A DNA stretch of 64,000 nt from Octopus sinensis (GCF_006345805.1 NC_042998.1:3472001-3536000); one strand, 5' to 3'; shown: positions 25,785-40,740, numbered from the stretch's first letter. The notes: generated by a model from the letters alone, not told the origin. Translations and numbers: made by a program.

Positions 25785-25972
25785 GCACGCGTGACTGCGT
25801 GGTCAAGAAGCTTGTTTCGCAACTATTCGACCTTCGGTTCTGTGCCACTTTGCGGAATTTTGGACATGTGCCTTCTACTACAGTCCCAGGTTGATCAAAG
25901 CCTGGTGAGTGAAATTTGTAGACAGAAACTCCGCAGAAGCTTGTCGTATATATATAAATATATGTACACAAT

Positions 25973-26022
<50 letters not shown>

Positions 26023-26245
26023 GTATGTGTGTGTATATATTTATATATCTCTATGTATATCTTTGTGCTTATTCCCCCGCCATTGCTTGATAACCGTCGT
26101 TGAATTGTTTACGTCTCGGTAACTTAGCGTTTCGGCAAAAGAGCTGATAGACTAAGTGTCAGTCCCTAAAAATAAGTAGTGGGATCGATTCCTTCTAATA
26201 AACCATTGAAGGCGGTATCCCACCGTGGACGCAGTAGAACGACTG
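25785..26245 (+). mobile_element. SINE S2, diverged
   Basis: S2-like head, CA/TA microsatellite and GAAGGCGGT...GACTGAAA tail. Confidence 0.7.
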
Positions 26246-26468
26246 AAAGAAGTAAAAATTTAAAAAAATATAAAATAGGCTTTTGTTTTTTAAGAAAAAA
26301 ATCGCTGAGTGTGGAGTCAACTGAATTGAATACAGTACAGAAAGCGTTATCAGAAGATTTTTCCATCAGACCTAAAGAAGTACAGCATTGCTCTAGAATG
26401 TATTCCATCTATCATGTATACTCGAGCAACATCCCTTTTTAATATATATCTCATGGAAATGTACACAT

Positions 26469-26622
26469 AGGCGTAGGAGTGGCTGTGTGGTAAGTAGCTT
26501 GCTTACCAGCTACATGGTTCCGAGTTCAGTCCCACTGCGTGGCACCTTTGGCAAGTGTCTTCTTTGGCCGACCTAAGCCTTCTGAGTGGATTGGGTAGAC
26601 GGAAACTGAAAGAAGCCCGTCG

Positions 26623-26698
<76 letters not shown>

Positions 26699-26912
26699 TG
26701 TGCGTGTGTATACGCTTGTGTGTCTGTGTTTGTCCCCTAAACATCGCTTGGTGTGTTTACGTCCCCGTAACTTATCGGTTCGGTATAAGAGACTGATAAA
26801 ATAAGTACTAGGCTTACAAAGAATAGGTCCTGAGGTCGATTTGCTCGACTGAAGGCGGTGCTCCAGCATGGCCGCAGTCAAAGGACTGAAACAATTAAAA
26901 GAGTAAAAGAGT
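26469..26912 (+). mobile_element. SINE S2
   Basis: Full head, core and tail ending (TAAAAGAG)n. Confidence 0.85.
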
Positions 26913-27327
26913 AGTCACAGCGTATCTTCCACGCTTCAAAAATTACTGCAGAAGTTCTCTTCTTAAAGACCTCCCACGACTAGACCTAAAGCTGTACAAC
27001 GTTAATCTAGTATGTGTTCCATATAATATCTATACCCGGACAACATTTTAATATATGCCACTTGGAAACGTTCACAGCGGTCCCAGCGCATCATTCATCC
27101 TTTAAGACCTCTTCTAACAGATCACCCACTACCGTTTGCAATTTCGATCGAATTTTGCCTCCATCGTGAAGTAGTATCTTTGTAGTTTCAGTTTCATTTT
27201 TGTAATATGAGAAATGGTTAAGTCTCGGAGAAATAGTTCAGAAGAGTACGGAGGGCCTAAAACTACTATCAATCTTCGAAATGTCGCGATCTGTGTTTAG
27301 GATTTTTCCATGGGAAATTCCTGGATG

Positions 27328-27420
27328 ACTATCGCCAAACAATCTATCACATCTCACGTAATTTGAATAATTCATAATTATTCAAATTACGTGAGATGTG
27401 ATAGATTGTTTGGCGATAGT
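27328..27420. repeat. Perfect 45-bp palindrome with 3-nt loop
   Basis: ACTATCGCC...GAATAATT-CAT-AATTATTC...GGCGATAGT, no mismatches. Confidence 0.95.
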
Positions 27421-27550
27421 TCTCGTGTGTGAATTTATAAATTTTTTCCTCATATTCTAGCTTTTAGCTAGTGATTGGTCACCCTGAATGCTCATCAACC
27501 AAAGCTCGAATTGCCTTGAAATTCTCGTTCCACTCAATATATATATATAT

Positions 27551-27653
27551 TTTTTTTTTCTAGTTTCAGCTCAGAGCTGCGGCCATGCTGATGCACCGCC
27601 GTTAGATATATGGAACGCTTCACGAATTTGCGTATCATCCTTGCGCAGGGGCC

Positions 27654-27686
<33 letters not shown>

Positions 27687-27700
27687 CATATGTACCGCCG
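27551..27700 (-). pseudogene. RNU6: U6 snRNA retrocopy fused to a retroelement 3' tail and poly(A)
   Basis: 27608-27700 matches U6 from about nt 11 (CGGC...AAAATTGGAACGATACAGAGAAGATTAGCATGGCCCCTGCGCAAGGATGA.ACGCAAATTCGTGAAGCGTTCCATAT). It is followed by CTAACGGCGGTGCATCAGCATGGCCGCAGCTCTGAGCTGAAACTAG and an A-run. Confidence 0.92.
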
Positions 27701-28563
27701 TATATAAAATTGTAAGATGCCGTCTTATTCTTCCTCGTGTCTAAGATCACAATAGTTGGGAGGTTACTTCTGGAGTTATCTTCAGCTCTATCCCTTGTTA
27801 ATCGTACTGAAACTTTTCATCGCTATTTAGCAGATGTAGTTATTGGTAAATCATATTTGACAGAATTTCTTAATATGTAAATCTGCTACTAAAAATGATA
27901 TTAAAATACATTACTTAAGAATGAATATACTAGAGTAAAAATAGTATTAAAATAAAATAGTTCTCATATAATTGACGAAAAGAAAGATTTGAGAGTGAAG
28001 TAAATCATATTCAAAATTGTTCAGACAGTCTGTGGAAGTGTTCTCCTATAAAATGAGTTAATGAAATTATGCTGTTATAAAATAATAATCTGATCACAGC
28101 TGAATTTGTATAGTTTGATATGAGAAATAATACACTTGCGGTCTTACTTATCGGAAACTTAGCAGTGATTAGTGTATTGTTCTGTTGGCATCGTCGGAAG
28201 CCAGAAGCTTAATAGATATTTATGAGAATAACAGCATGTCTTGAAATATTTTCAATGTGTGTTAAAGGCATTTCTGTTGTGTAATATTATAGATTTCTCA
28301 GTCGAACTTAACTGCTGTCTTTCTGTTCCATTTATTGCTTCCTTCGCCCTTTTATAATTCATATGAAAGGTTTTGTCGGCGTTACTATCTTCAAACTACC
28401 ATACATATGTGGACAATGCAGTCGACGATCTTCTTAAGCTTTCATGGAGGCAATATGATTATCCTGTGGTTTCAGGAATTTCCAAATATGAAGGAGTATT
28501 GTTAATATTATTTGCTAATAAATCCTATGAAAATTTAAATAGCAAAATCTCCGTTTTGCACTG

Positions 28564-28627
<64 letters not shown>

Positions 28628-28792
28628 TTACACTACACGGTATTGTGTTTTGTTATTATTATCATTCTATGATCACTTGTTCACAATTTTCACACACACA
28701 CATCTCACACGCATACACATGTATGTATATATAAATATAAATATATATATATGCATGTGTACGCACACACACACACACGCACACACACACAC

Positions 28793-28843
<51 letters not shown>

Positions 28844-29456
28844 GACATATATATATATATAGACATATATAAATATAGTAGGGTACCGGAGTACCATATG
28901 CTACAAAGAAGGGTTAACACTCAAAAATAAGCAATAAGAGTCTATATATGCACATACTCGCATGCACGCACACACATACACACACGTGTGTGTGTGTGTG
29001 TGTGTGCGTGCATGCGAATATGTGCGTATATAGACGTGTGTATGAACTCTTTGTGCGCGCGTGTGTATGCGGGTATGTAGATATTTTTGGGCGAATGTGT
29101 GGGTGAGCATGTGTGTGTTTCAAGTAAGGGTGAATGAGTGTATACTTTTAGGCGCATGTACGCAGGTTTGCGGGCGCGCATGTGTATGTATGGACATGCG
29201 CGCTTATGCGATTACTATGAACATTTTTACTTCCTTACCTTTACCCCTCCACTTACTTAGCGGTCATTCTAATAGCTCTTTTGTCTTAATAACGGTCAAT
29301 CACACAGTAATTTCCCTTTGTTTTAACGGTTATTTTTATAGCGTTTTTTCGATGGCCCAATAACTGAAGAGATGTCGGCGTGGGTGCCCGCCCCGATATC
29401 CGAAACTCGGAGTGTTATCATGGCTATCAAATAATTGTCACATATTATATTTACTC

Positions 29457-29523
<67 letters not shown>

Positions 29524-29588
29524 GTATATACATATATATATGTATATGTATATATATGTATATATATATATGTGTGTGTGTGTGTATA

Positions 29589-29654
<66 letters not shown>

Positions 29655-30515
29655 TATATATATATATGCTCATATGTGCATATATATGCACATGCAGGTA
29701 AAGGAAGAACAGTAATTCAAAACTTTTTAAATGTCGAGGAAAGGTCAAGTATTCATTGTCTCAGTTTGTATATTTGCACAATTATTTATCATTTTCTTAG
29801 GCGTTGAGTTACGTTACACCGAGTATAGTTTTTGCCTAAATACAGTAGCTGCATCAGCAGAATTTTTATTTCATAATAGACCAATAACAATCTCATATTA
29901 CTGGATAGTTTTTATAGTATTACTTTTCCCTGTTGCTCTGGCCAAACTTTCACGACAAACATACGTAAATTATCATACAGCTACATATATAAAATTAAGC
30001 GAGTATTTTTATAGACGGTTGCAAGAGCTCTTCAAAATAGCAGAAAAAATTTGCTACAAACTTCAAATCATAACATCTTATAGAAGATTAGAGAATTAAA
30101 TCCGAGACATAAAAAGAGACGTAAGAGTCGCGCCTAGCAGCATTTGGGTAGAATTCTATCCTATGAGATCTGCACTGAAGATAATAGTAAACAACATCGC
30201 ATAGGATTGTGTATATCAAATCCCCATTTTTGAAACTCTAAAATCCATCGGATAAACAGGATCTGCATTGTTACTTGGTAGAGGTTTTTGACTGAGCGAT
30301 AAGATGTTTGCTTCCCAGCCATATGGTTCTGGGTTCAGTCCCACTGCATGGCATCTTAGGCAAGTGTCTCCTACGAGAGTCTTGGGCCGACTAAAGTCTT
30401 GTTACTGGAAGTTATATCGAGTAAAATATATATATATATGTGTATTCATGTAATATATGTGCACGAATGCATAAATACATATACACACACACACGCGCAC
30501 AGACGCACACATCTG

Positions 30516-30888
<373 letters not shown>

Positions 30889-30904
30889 TCATATATATAT
30901 AATG

Positions 30905-31060
30905 AGTTTCTTTCTGTTTCCGTGTACCAAATCCACTGGTAAGGCTTTGATCTGCCCGACGCTATAGTAAAGGACACATGGCCCAAGGTACCATGCGATG
31001 GGACTGAACTCGGAACCATGTGGTTTGGAAGCAAACTTCTTACCGCAAAGCGACGCCTGT
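30905..31060 (-). mobile_element. SINE S2 5' part
   Basis: Reverse complement of the S2 head and core. Confidence 0.7.
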
Positions 31061-32036
31061 GCTTGTTATATATCAATCTAATAAGTAACCGAAATTTAAC
31101 CTGATCACCATATATGTACATATATGTACAAATGCAGTTCATATAGCTGTGTGCGAATATGTGTGTGTGAGTGTGTGTGTGTGCGTGCGTGCGTGTGTGT
31201 ATGTTTGCGTGTGCGTGTGCGTGTGTATGTATAATACAGTGGGGCATACAGAAACACACGCGTATTGATTATAACGAAAGAGAGAAATGCACTCAACGTG
31301 AACAGATTGTACAGAAAAAGCAACGGATATGAGCAATGAAGAGAAGAGGTATTTTTTAATGACTTAGAAGCAAAGATGGCGTATCCTATGGCTTTTTCAG
31401 AGACTGTGAGACAGTGAGAAGAAGGGAAGAATTTTTCCTAAGGACTGAGACAAAACCTGAATGCTTGTAGCAAAACATAATGCGCTACAAATATCCCAAC
31501 ACCAGCTTTTGATATTAAACTGGATGACATATCAGATATATGTTAACATCCTCCATCACTGATATGAAATTAGAACGTTCACTGAGTTGCTTTTCTTGCC
31601 TTCATTTGCCATGTTTCATTTCTCAGGGATCGCGTAATCGGAATTTTTCTTATTACCGAAAATTTCAGTCCTTTTAATACTAGTAATAAACACTTCCAAA
31701 AGTAAATGCAATCCAATTTAGAGTGGTCCTAAAAGGTTATTGGGAAATAGGTTCCTTAGCAGACAAGCGAATATAAAAAAACTTGTGTGATGATTTTCTA
31801 TTTTGCAATTGGATGTTAAGTGAATATTATACCTTATCTCATTTCAAACTCAATTTGTACATTCTGTGAGCCAAAACCTAATATTAAAAAATTCAATACC
31901 TTAAAAATGAATGGAATAGTCTACCAACACTTTCAAATATATCTTATGTATTTCTAATCGGTGTCCACATTTACAGAGTCTTCTCCAATTTCTCTCTTTC
32001 CGTTCGTCTATTGCAGTAGATCTTGTAATATAGCAC

Positions 32037-32071
<35 letters not shown>

Positions 32072-33227
32072 TGAATAGACCATCGCCAATTATATAGAAG
32101 CTAGATTTAATAATCCTGATGCTCAATGATATTCGCAAATATTCTCGTCTCTGTAACTTCTGAAATGTAATTCCAGATTTAAAATGATGATATTTTGAAG
32201 AGGCAACACCATGCGATTTTCCAAATTGCTCAACTGTGTAAAGATAAATGAATTTGAAGAATAACCAGAGAGGCGGAAAATTATAACTGTTAAATGCAAT
32301 ACTTATCCTGACTGGGATTTTACGTATCTATTACACCGAAATTTGGCCTTTAAAGGCGCCATCTTTTTTCTAATTTCGTTCATTCGTTTCATTGAGCGTA
32401 GAATTACGAAAATACGAAACACTTTCTGTATAGCAAATGCATTTGGATTCATTATCTCCTGACTCCAAAATTTGCGATGCTTTGAATATTTTTGCTTATT
32501 CATGCCATATTTGTAAGGGAGGGAGAAATGGAATGTAGTAGCCTATATATCCATATTAAGAACATTATTAATACTGTTATCTCCTAGACAAGCCAACAGC
32601 TTAGGTCAGTTTTTATAACGTTTATCAATATTCTTCAGGTTTCGGTTTTTTATTGATATATTTTTATTGCTAAAGCAAACTGCTAATTTGTCCTAATAAT
32701 ATCACCAACGAATGCCTCGCCTGCACGATCAGAATTATCGCACAGTTAAATGTCATAATCGTACTTAGTGCAATAATTTAGATTTACATATACATGCATA
32801 TATGAATGGCGGCCATACTGGGAATCACTTTGAAAGGATTTCGCCGATCATAGCGTCACCATTAATTTATTTCACTATGGCAATTATTTTATCGGTTTAT
32901 GAAAATGAACCGCTAAGTTACGGGACAGAAAAAGACACAACATAATCAAGAACACCGGTCTAAGGGCCGGTGTTATACACATAAACATAGACATACACTC
33001 ACATACACCATCACACGCACACATACACCATCACACGTGCACACAACTTCACACGCACACACACGCCATCACACACACAATCACACGCACGCACATACAC
33101 ACCATCACACACACAATCACACGCACGCACACACACACCATCACACACACAATCACACGCACGCAGACACACATACAAATGCACACAAACCACCACACGC
33201 ACACACACATACAAACTCACACCATCA

Positions 33228-33445
33228 GAGGTGGTGGCAGTAGCATGACGTTCAAACCTTGGGTCATATTCAAGACACTCCTTTTTCCTGCTAAATTCAG
33301 CTGCCCTTTTTTGTACTGTTGATAAAGCTGGAGCGTCATCCCTTAATGTAGCAACCATATCAGCATGAATGCCCTTGGAGGTTAAACACTTTTTCATCTG
33401 GTATTTAATAACACTGATTTGCAAAATTTTGTCCATTTTCAAGAG
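33228..33445 (-). mobile_element. Mariner transposase N-terminal fragment (a different subfamily)
   Basis: MDKI...VIKY..KK.LT.K.IHADMVATL.DDAPALSTVQK.AAEF...E.LE.DPR HTH region. Confidence 0.75.
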
Positions 33446-34299
33446 TAGTGTCTTCTAGTTACCTTTGAAGTCTTCTTTGAGCAGTCAGATGCCAGTTTAC
33501 CGGGAAAGAAACGTGCAGTTAAGAAGAAGAGTTGAAATTAATACATGCAAGATTCCGCAGCTCTATGATCACTCTTTCATAGTCAGCCTGTGAACTTTTC
33601 ATACCCCTCTCGTGTACATGTATACATGAAGAGCCTAGGCTCGGAACATCTAAGACTTTTCCTTTCTTCCCGAGCATCAAACTAATACACTTGCTTGTTG
33701 TTCTCTCCATGTCTTCTTTTGTTTTCTGTAAATTTGAATTTACGGATACAAACAACTTAGGAAGTGAACCGATATACGCACACAACCACACATACGGTAA
33801 CTTCACAGACGGCCGCAACAATATAAACAACGACTAACAACAACAACATCTACAGCAGCATGAGCGAACGCACAAACACTGAGTTACAAGAACAGTACAA
33901 AACGTCGGGTTCAAGGGCAACAGCCGCGGCAACGGACTAGGGAGCGGGATTGAGAGGGAGGGTCATAGTGCTACTAAGAACAATGACACACACACACAAA
34001 CGCATGCGCATATAAGGATACACATCATACAAGAACAGAATGGAATAAACAGAGCAAGAGCACACACGAAGACGGAAAGTGTCGCTGAGGAGGACACAGA
34101 GGCGCTACGAAAGATTTCCGGACAACGGGCATGAGTTAAAATAGGAACAGTAATAAACGAGTGAAGAACTAATATATAATACGTGTGTTTATTTGGCAAC
34201 CCCCCCCCCAAATGACCGTTTCGAAATACAATATCTGTTTCAACACACGACTACGCATCAGGAAACTTGCAATACAGACACATATATATATATATAATG

Positions 34300-34596
34300 T
34301 TTGTTCCTTCTCGAACCATGCCTGACTCATAAGGGCCGGTTTCCCGGTTTCCTTGGCGTATAGGTTCCCCACCTGAATCGGATGCCGGTCCGTCGCAGGT
34401 GAGCTGCAAAATGCAGGAGGAAAGAGTGAGAGAAATTTGTGGCGTAAGAGTCAGCAAAAGTTCGCCATTACCTTCTGCCGGAGCCGCGTGGAGCTTAGGT
34501 GTTTCGCTCTTGAATACACACATCGCCCGGTCTGAGATTCGAACCCGCGATCCCTCGGCCGCGAGTCCGCTGCTATAACCACTTGGTCATGTGCCT

Positions 34597-34600
<4 letters not shown>
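34300..34600 (-). mobile_element. SINE head C + tail R
   Basis: GGAGGCACATGACC.AGTGG head; tail GAAACCGGGAAACCGGCCC...GAGAAGGAACAAAC. Confidence 0.82.
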
Positions 34601-34636
<36 letters not shown>

Positions 34637-35254
34637 TTATCTGTGAGTGTGTGTTTGTATATATCTCCCCAACTATCCATCACATACATACACACAGACA
34701 CACACACACACATGTCCATAAACTTTATATGTACATGTGTTTATCCGTATAAGTATGAAAGCATAAATGTCTGTGTTTATCTATAATTTTAAGTAATTGT
34801 TTTATTTCCTCATAACATATCTGAAACAAAACATAAGAAATTAGCAAACTCAGTAAATTTATGCAAATACAGAAACGTATACCTAATATACAAAAGCAAT
34901 TTCATAGACTTTTTTTAAGATACTTTTTTTCAAAGTAACTTCTCCCTCGGCACCCCAAAATACATAAGAATGTATCAGTTATGAAGACACCTACTTCTCA
35001 ATATGAAACGGTAGAACATAATTACATACCGTTGATTGCATTTTGTTCACCATACCGTTCGTTGATTGCATTTTGTCCATCATTGAAAAGAAATCCTATT
35101 AGAGGCTCGTGTTTCAGTTTTTGCTAATTGCTATAATAAGATATAATAATCATTCGTGATTTTTTCTAGTGATTTACTGAATGTGGTGTCCTTTATGTGT
35201 GGAACAAACAAACCGGAATAAATGTTTGTATGTTTATGTATGTCTCTGCATCTA

Positions 35255-35630
35255 AGTATGTATGTATGTATGTATGTATGTATGTATGTATGTATGTATG
35301 TATGTATGTATGTATGTATGTATGTATGTATGTTTGTATGTATGCATGTATGTCTGTATGTATGTATGTATGTATGTATGTATGTTTGTATGTATGTATT
35401 TATGTATGTATGTTTGTATGTTTGTATGTATGTATGTATACGTATGGATGTATATATGTATATGTGTGTATATGTGTATGCGTGTGTGTATGTCTCTGCA
35501 TATAAGTATGTATGTATGTATATTACATATGTGAGTACACATGTGTGTATATGTGTGTATATGTGTGTTTGTGTGCGTGTGTGTCGATATGCGTATATAT
35601 ATAAATATGTATGTATGTATGTATGTATGT
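35255..35630. repeat. Degenerate (TATG)n microsatellite
   Basis: Direct inspection; source of the MYVC ORFs. Confidence 0.9.
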
Positions 35631-36119
35631 AAATCTATGTATTTCTATCTATCTATTTATCATCTGTGTGTGTGTGAGTGTAAATATGTATGCGGATGAG
35701 TGTGTGTATATATACATATATATGTATATTGTGTATGTTTTTTTGTCTCCCGCTCATATATATATTATGTAGAGTGTGATTCCTAACGTTCTTTTACCTC
35801 TGTCCAGGCTTCAAACAATTAACATTCATATTGTGATCAAATGTGATCATTATTAGAAAAAAAGGTGCTTTGAAACTTGCTTATGGACTAAATTTCCTTA
35901 TTTATTTACACTAATGATTTATCCTCTGTATGATCACTTGACATGCTAGAAACAGCACCCGGTTTCCACTCAAACCATATCCTATCATCCAAGAAAAATG
36001 ATTTATTGGTTATTCCTGAAATATGTAAAAAGTTTGAATAAATGAATAAATTTGATGACTTGAATGTCTTCGAAGATATGTTGTCTGCACCATCAGAAGC
36101 GATTTATGGTTAAACTACA

Positions 36120-36152
<33 letters not shown>

Positions 36153-36746
36153 GGACCCGGAACCATATGGTTGGTAAGTAAGCTACTTACCACACAATCA
36201 GTCCTGCGTCTCAAATTTATCGTATAAACAGGACTTGTCTTCAATTCTGCCTGAAAATGCTTGCAACATCTGCACTAAGTCTGTTTCGGTAGAATTTTAT
36301 AAATGCATTCAGTTAAGGTTACACCATAACATATAACTTACCATCATCAGGTAAAATTTTAAATCGGTAAGATTTAAAACAGGTATGACTTCTTTCATCG
36401 ACGTGTATAAATCGATGTATGAAATCTCCAACTGACTTTGGATTTGACGAGATTCATATAAGAAATCTCACCTGTTTGACGTCTTATCTCTTTAAAATTC
36501 CACTTGATGATAGTGTATCTTAAGTTATAATGTAATCTTCAACGAATACATTAATAAAATGCTACCGAAACAGCTGTCGTAAGCTTTGAACGCCATTTGT
36601 GTTTACATTATATGCATGTTTACATATTTACAGAAGTATAGCCATCCATGCGCGCACACACACACGCACGTGCGCATATACACGCGTGTATTTATATGTG
36701 TATATGTACATTATCGATAGAAATCTATAAAAAGTCTATAAAAAAA

Positions 36747-37140
36747 GGCAGCGAGCTGGCAGAATCGTTAGCACGCCGGGCGAAATGCTTAGCGATATTT
36801 CGTCTGCCGTTACCGAGTTCAAATTCCGCCGCGGTCGACTTTGCCCTTCATCCTTTCGGGGTCGATAAATTAAGTACCAGTTAGGCACTGGGTTCGATCT
36901 AATCGACTTAATCCGTTTGTCTGTCCTTGATTGTCCTCTCTGTGTTTAGCCCATTGTGGGTAGTAAAGAAATAGAAATAGGTATTTCGTCTGCCGTTACG
37001 TTCTGAGTTCAAATTCCGCCGAAGGGTCGATAAATTAAGTACCAGTTACGCACTGGGGTCGATCTAATCGACTTAATCCCTTTGTCTGTCCTTGTCTGTC
37101 CCCTCTATGTTTGGCCCTTTGTGGACAATAAAGAAATAAG
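36747..37140 (+). mobile_element. SINE S1 dimer
   Basis: Same junction as 235-648; AGAAATCTATAAAAA on both sides is a probable TSD. Confidence 0.85.
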
Positions 37141-37644
37141 AAATCTATAAAAAACATTATGCGCTTTGTATCGTTCGTGCATGTATGTATGTATGTATGT
37201 ATGTATGTATGTATGTATGTATGTATGTATGTATGTATGTATGTATGTAGCTAATCATTTTCCATTTCACAATTTTTGAAAGCTATTCACCTCCTAGCTA
37301 CAAATCATATAAATATCCCTGATTCTTTCTATCTGCATCTATTTACTTTGTGCGGCGCTATTTTGCCTCATCTGAAAACATAGAATAAGGCTTCAAATGT
37401 ATTTTAAGTCTGTCAGGAAATAACATAAGAAGTACTGAAATATTAAGGTATTTTTTGTTTGCAGTCTACCAATAATAGAAATGCTCGAGTTATTTAAGGA
37501 AACTTAGCAACTCGTAGCAATTCTTACCCCCTCTCACCTCCCCTCTGCTTGTGACGTAGCTCGTCCTTTTATCTATATTTTCTTACTTATCTATTTTGCG
37601 TACTTTTCTCCTTTTATCTTCGAATATTTGTCACTGAATTTACA

Positions 37645-37719
<75 letters not shown>

Positions 37720-38189
37720 TTAATCCACTCTCACTTGCCTCCTCTCTCACTCTCTCTCTCTCTGTCTCTGTCTTTCTCTCCCTTGCTATATATATAAATA
37801 TACCTGTGTTAGCTTCTCCTCACTATCTCACACTGTAACTTTCTCTCGCTTGAAATGCATACACTTTTATCTCCCCCAGGTGCCTCCCTAATTTGCTTAA
37901 ACGTTCTAACAGAGCAGATAGGGTGACATGAATAAAATGAGCTCAGAAGAATATAATTCATCTCTGCTTTCATATTTATTAAATACAGTTTTCGTCACCT
38001 TTACCGATGCTTCTCTTCCGTTGGAAAATTTTCTAATATCATTTGGATAATTAATATGACATGAAAATCACACACACACACACATACATACACACACACA
38101 GTCACACACACACACACATGTATAAACGTGTGCATATATATCTATATATATTTATGTATATCGATAGACATGTATGAATTCATAGAAAC

Positions 38190-38221
<32 letters not shown>

Positions 38222-38482
38222 TACATATATAAATGCACATACACCGAAATAAACACATCTATATTCTCACTCACAGACACGCGCGTGCGCGTACACACAC
38301 ACGTGTATGGACGTGTACATACACATATATGTGTATATATATATATTTATGTATATCTATCTATCGACAGATATGCATGAACTCATACAAGCATGTATAT
38401 ATATATATATATATTATATATATATATACAGAAATAAACACATCTATGCTCTCACTTACTCACACGTGTGTGCACTCGCACG

Positions 38483-38539
<57 letters not shown>

Positions 38540-38781
38540 GCACATCATTTCCATTTCCAGCACGGATGCAAGACATGCAATGTATGTTTAAGGTATATAA
38601 ACCAATCCGTGTAACAAAATACTATTTTAATATATTTCATTTCTGAGTATCAGCAAGAAACGGCTCATATATGCTATATGTACCCTGCTTCAGTGACTTT
38701 AACTTTTTGATTACACGTCCTGCTTTATGTAATGTGAGTGGCCAATATATACATATATATACATATATATATATATATAAT

Positions 38782-38823
<42 letters not shown>

Positions 38824-38978
38824 TATATATGTGTGTATATAATACGTACATACATATATATATATATATATATATAGATTATATATGTATATATATATGT
38901 ATATATGTGTGTATATATACATACGTACATACATACATATATGTATATATATATATTATATATACATACATACATACA

Positions 38979-39028
<50 letters not shown>

Positions 39029-39628
39029 TGCATTTCTTTGTATGTATCTATGTATGTGTTCAGTATATTCTTTTATTTTTCTAGTCGTTTCTGTGAATGG
39101 ATCGCATCCAAACTAGTTATCTGCTATATGTAATGATTCACATTTATCTCGAAACCATACACATATGAAAATATACACTTAGGAAACACTCTTCAATATC
39201 GCATTACTCCTATTGCTTTAACACATAAGCTCTATCTCGACATGCTATTAACACACGCATTGACAGAAACGGTGAGAATTTAAGTACATCGCCATAAACA
39301 GCGCGTGAGTTTCATTCGTTGTTAATAAATTATAAAAATACATAAAAATCTCCATTAATCTTTGGTATTTAATTACAAAATAGAGAATAGAATTAACTGT
39401 AGGATTTAGATTTTAGTGAAAGGCAAACAAACAGTTAGGTGTTGTTGTTGTTTTTAATTTTCTGATGTCAAATCTATGGTCAAAGACATGTCAAATCTAT
39501 GTCAAATCTATGGTTAAATCTATGGTCAAACATATTCCAGTTTGAATATTTGTACTCATTAAATAAATGTATCTATGTAATCATATCAATATACATTTAT
39601 ATTCCAGTAAAAAATATTTTTGTGTCGA

Positions 39629-39905
39629 AGCACATGGCCTAGTGGTTAGCGCAGCGCAGCGGACTCGCGGTCGAGGGATCGCGAGTTCGAATCTTAGACC
39701 GAGCGATGCGTGTGTTTACGAGCGAAACACCTAAGTAATGGCGAACTTCTGCTGACTCTTTTGCCACAGCTTTCTCTCACTCTTTCCTCCTGCATCTTGC
39801 AGCTCACCTGCGTCCCGTCCAGGTGGGAAACCTATACGCTACGGAAACCGGGAAACCGGCCATAATGAGCCAGGCATGGCTCGTGAAGGAACAAACAACA
39901 ACAAA
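39629..39905 (+). mobile_element. SINE head C + tail R with internal deletions
   Basis: Similar to 34300-34600. Confidence 0.75.
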
Positions 39906-39919
39906 AAATATTAGTTTCA

Positions 39920-40105
39920 AATATTGACCCTAGGCCAGCAATTTAGGGATGGGGATAAGCCGACTACAGCGACACTAGTGCTCAAACTGGTATTTATTTT
40001 ATCGATTCCGAAACGATGAAAAGCAAAGCCGACCTCAGCGGAATTTGAACTCAGGACGAGATGCTGCTACGCATTAAGCTCGGCGTGCTAACTGTTCTAC
40101 CAGCT
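39920..40105 (-). mobile_element. SINE S1b
   Basis: GAGTTCAAATTCCGC...TTGCTGGCCTAGGGTCAA. Confidence 0.65.
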
Positions 40106-40397
40106 AAGCAACTTATATTCCAGTAAAATATCAAATAACACAACATTGATTGCAATGTAGCTTTCTAAATGACATAGAACAAGTCTTCTAACATCCAAAT
40201 AGTCGGACAGTATTAATTTCAACATAACTTTGAAACATGGCTGCTGTGCACTTTGCTCCATTCATTCTACATAAGATGTTTATCACTTAACTAATTAATG
40301 AAAATATTGTGACAATTCATATTGAGTAACGTCTAGGATTCTGTTAATCATGTTGTTAATCCGTTCCCCCTCTCTCCGTCAGTTTTCTCTTCTCGTT

Positions 40398-40435
40398 CTA
40401 TTCTGAAGAAGAGCGTAGGCTCGAAATGTCAAAAC
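40398..40435 (+). ncRNA. Minimal hammerhead (HHR-A), slightly decayed
   Basis: CUGAAGA-A-GAGC-GUAG-GCUC-GAAA-UG-UC|AAAAC. The downstream flank CCCGAGCATCAAACTAATACAC is shared with 33670-33690. Confidence 0.6.
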
Positions 40436-40565
40436 TCTTCCATTTTACCCGAGCATCAAACTAATACACCTTGTCTGTTATTCCCTCAGCTGTCTCTGTC
40501 TTTTGTCTTTCTTTTTGTTTTTGTTTGTACATTTCGAATCATACATACATACATACATACATACA

Positions 40566-40599
<34 letters not shown>

Positions 40600-40607
40600 C
40601 ATATATA

Positions 40608-40657
<50 letters not shown>

Positions 40658-40740
40658 TATATATATAATTATTATATATATATATATTATACAAGGTTAT
40701 ACGTGGATATGTTTCCCGTAAGCGTGAAGAAAATGTTAAT

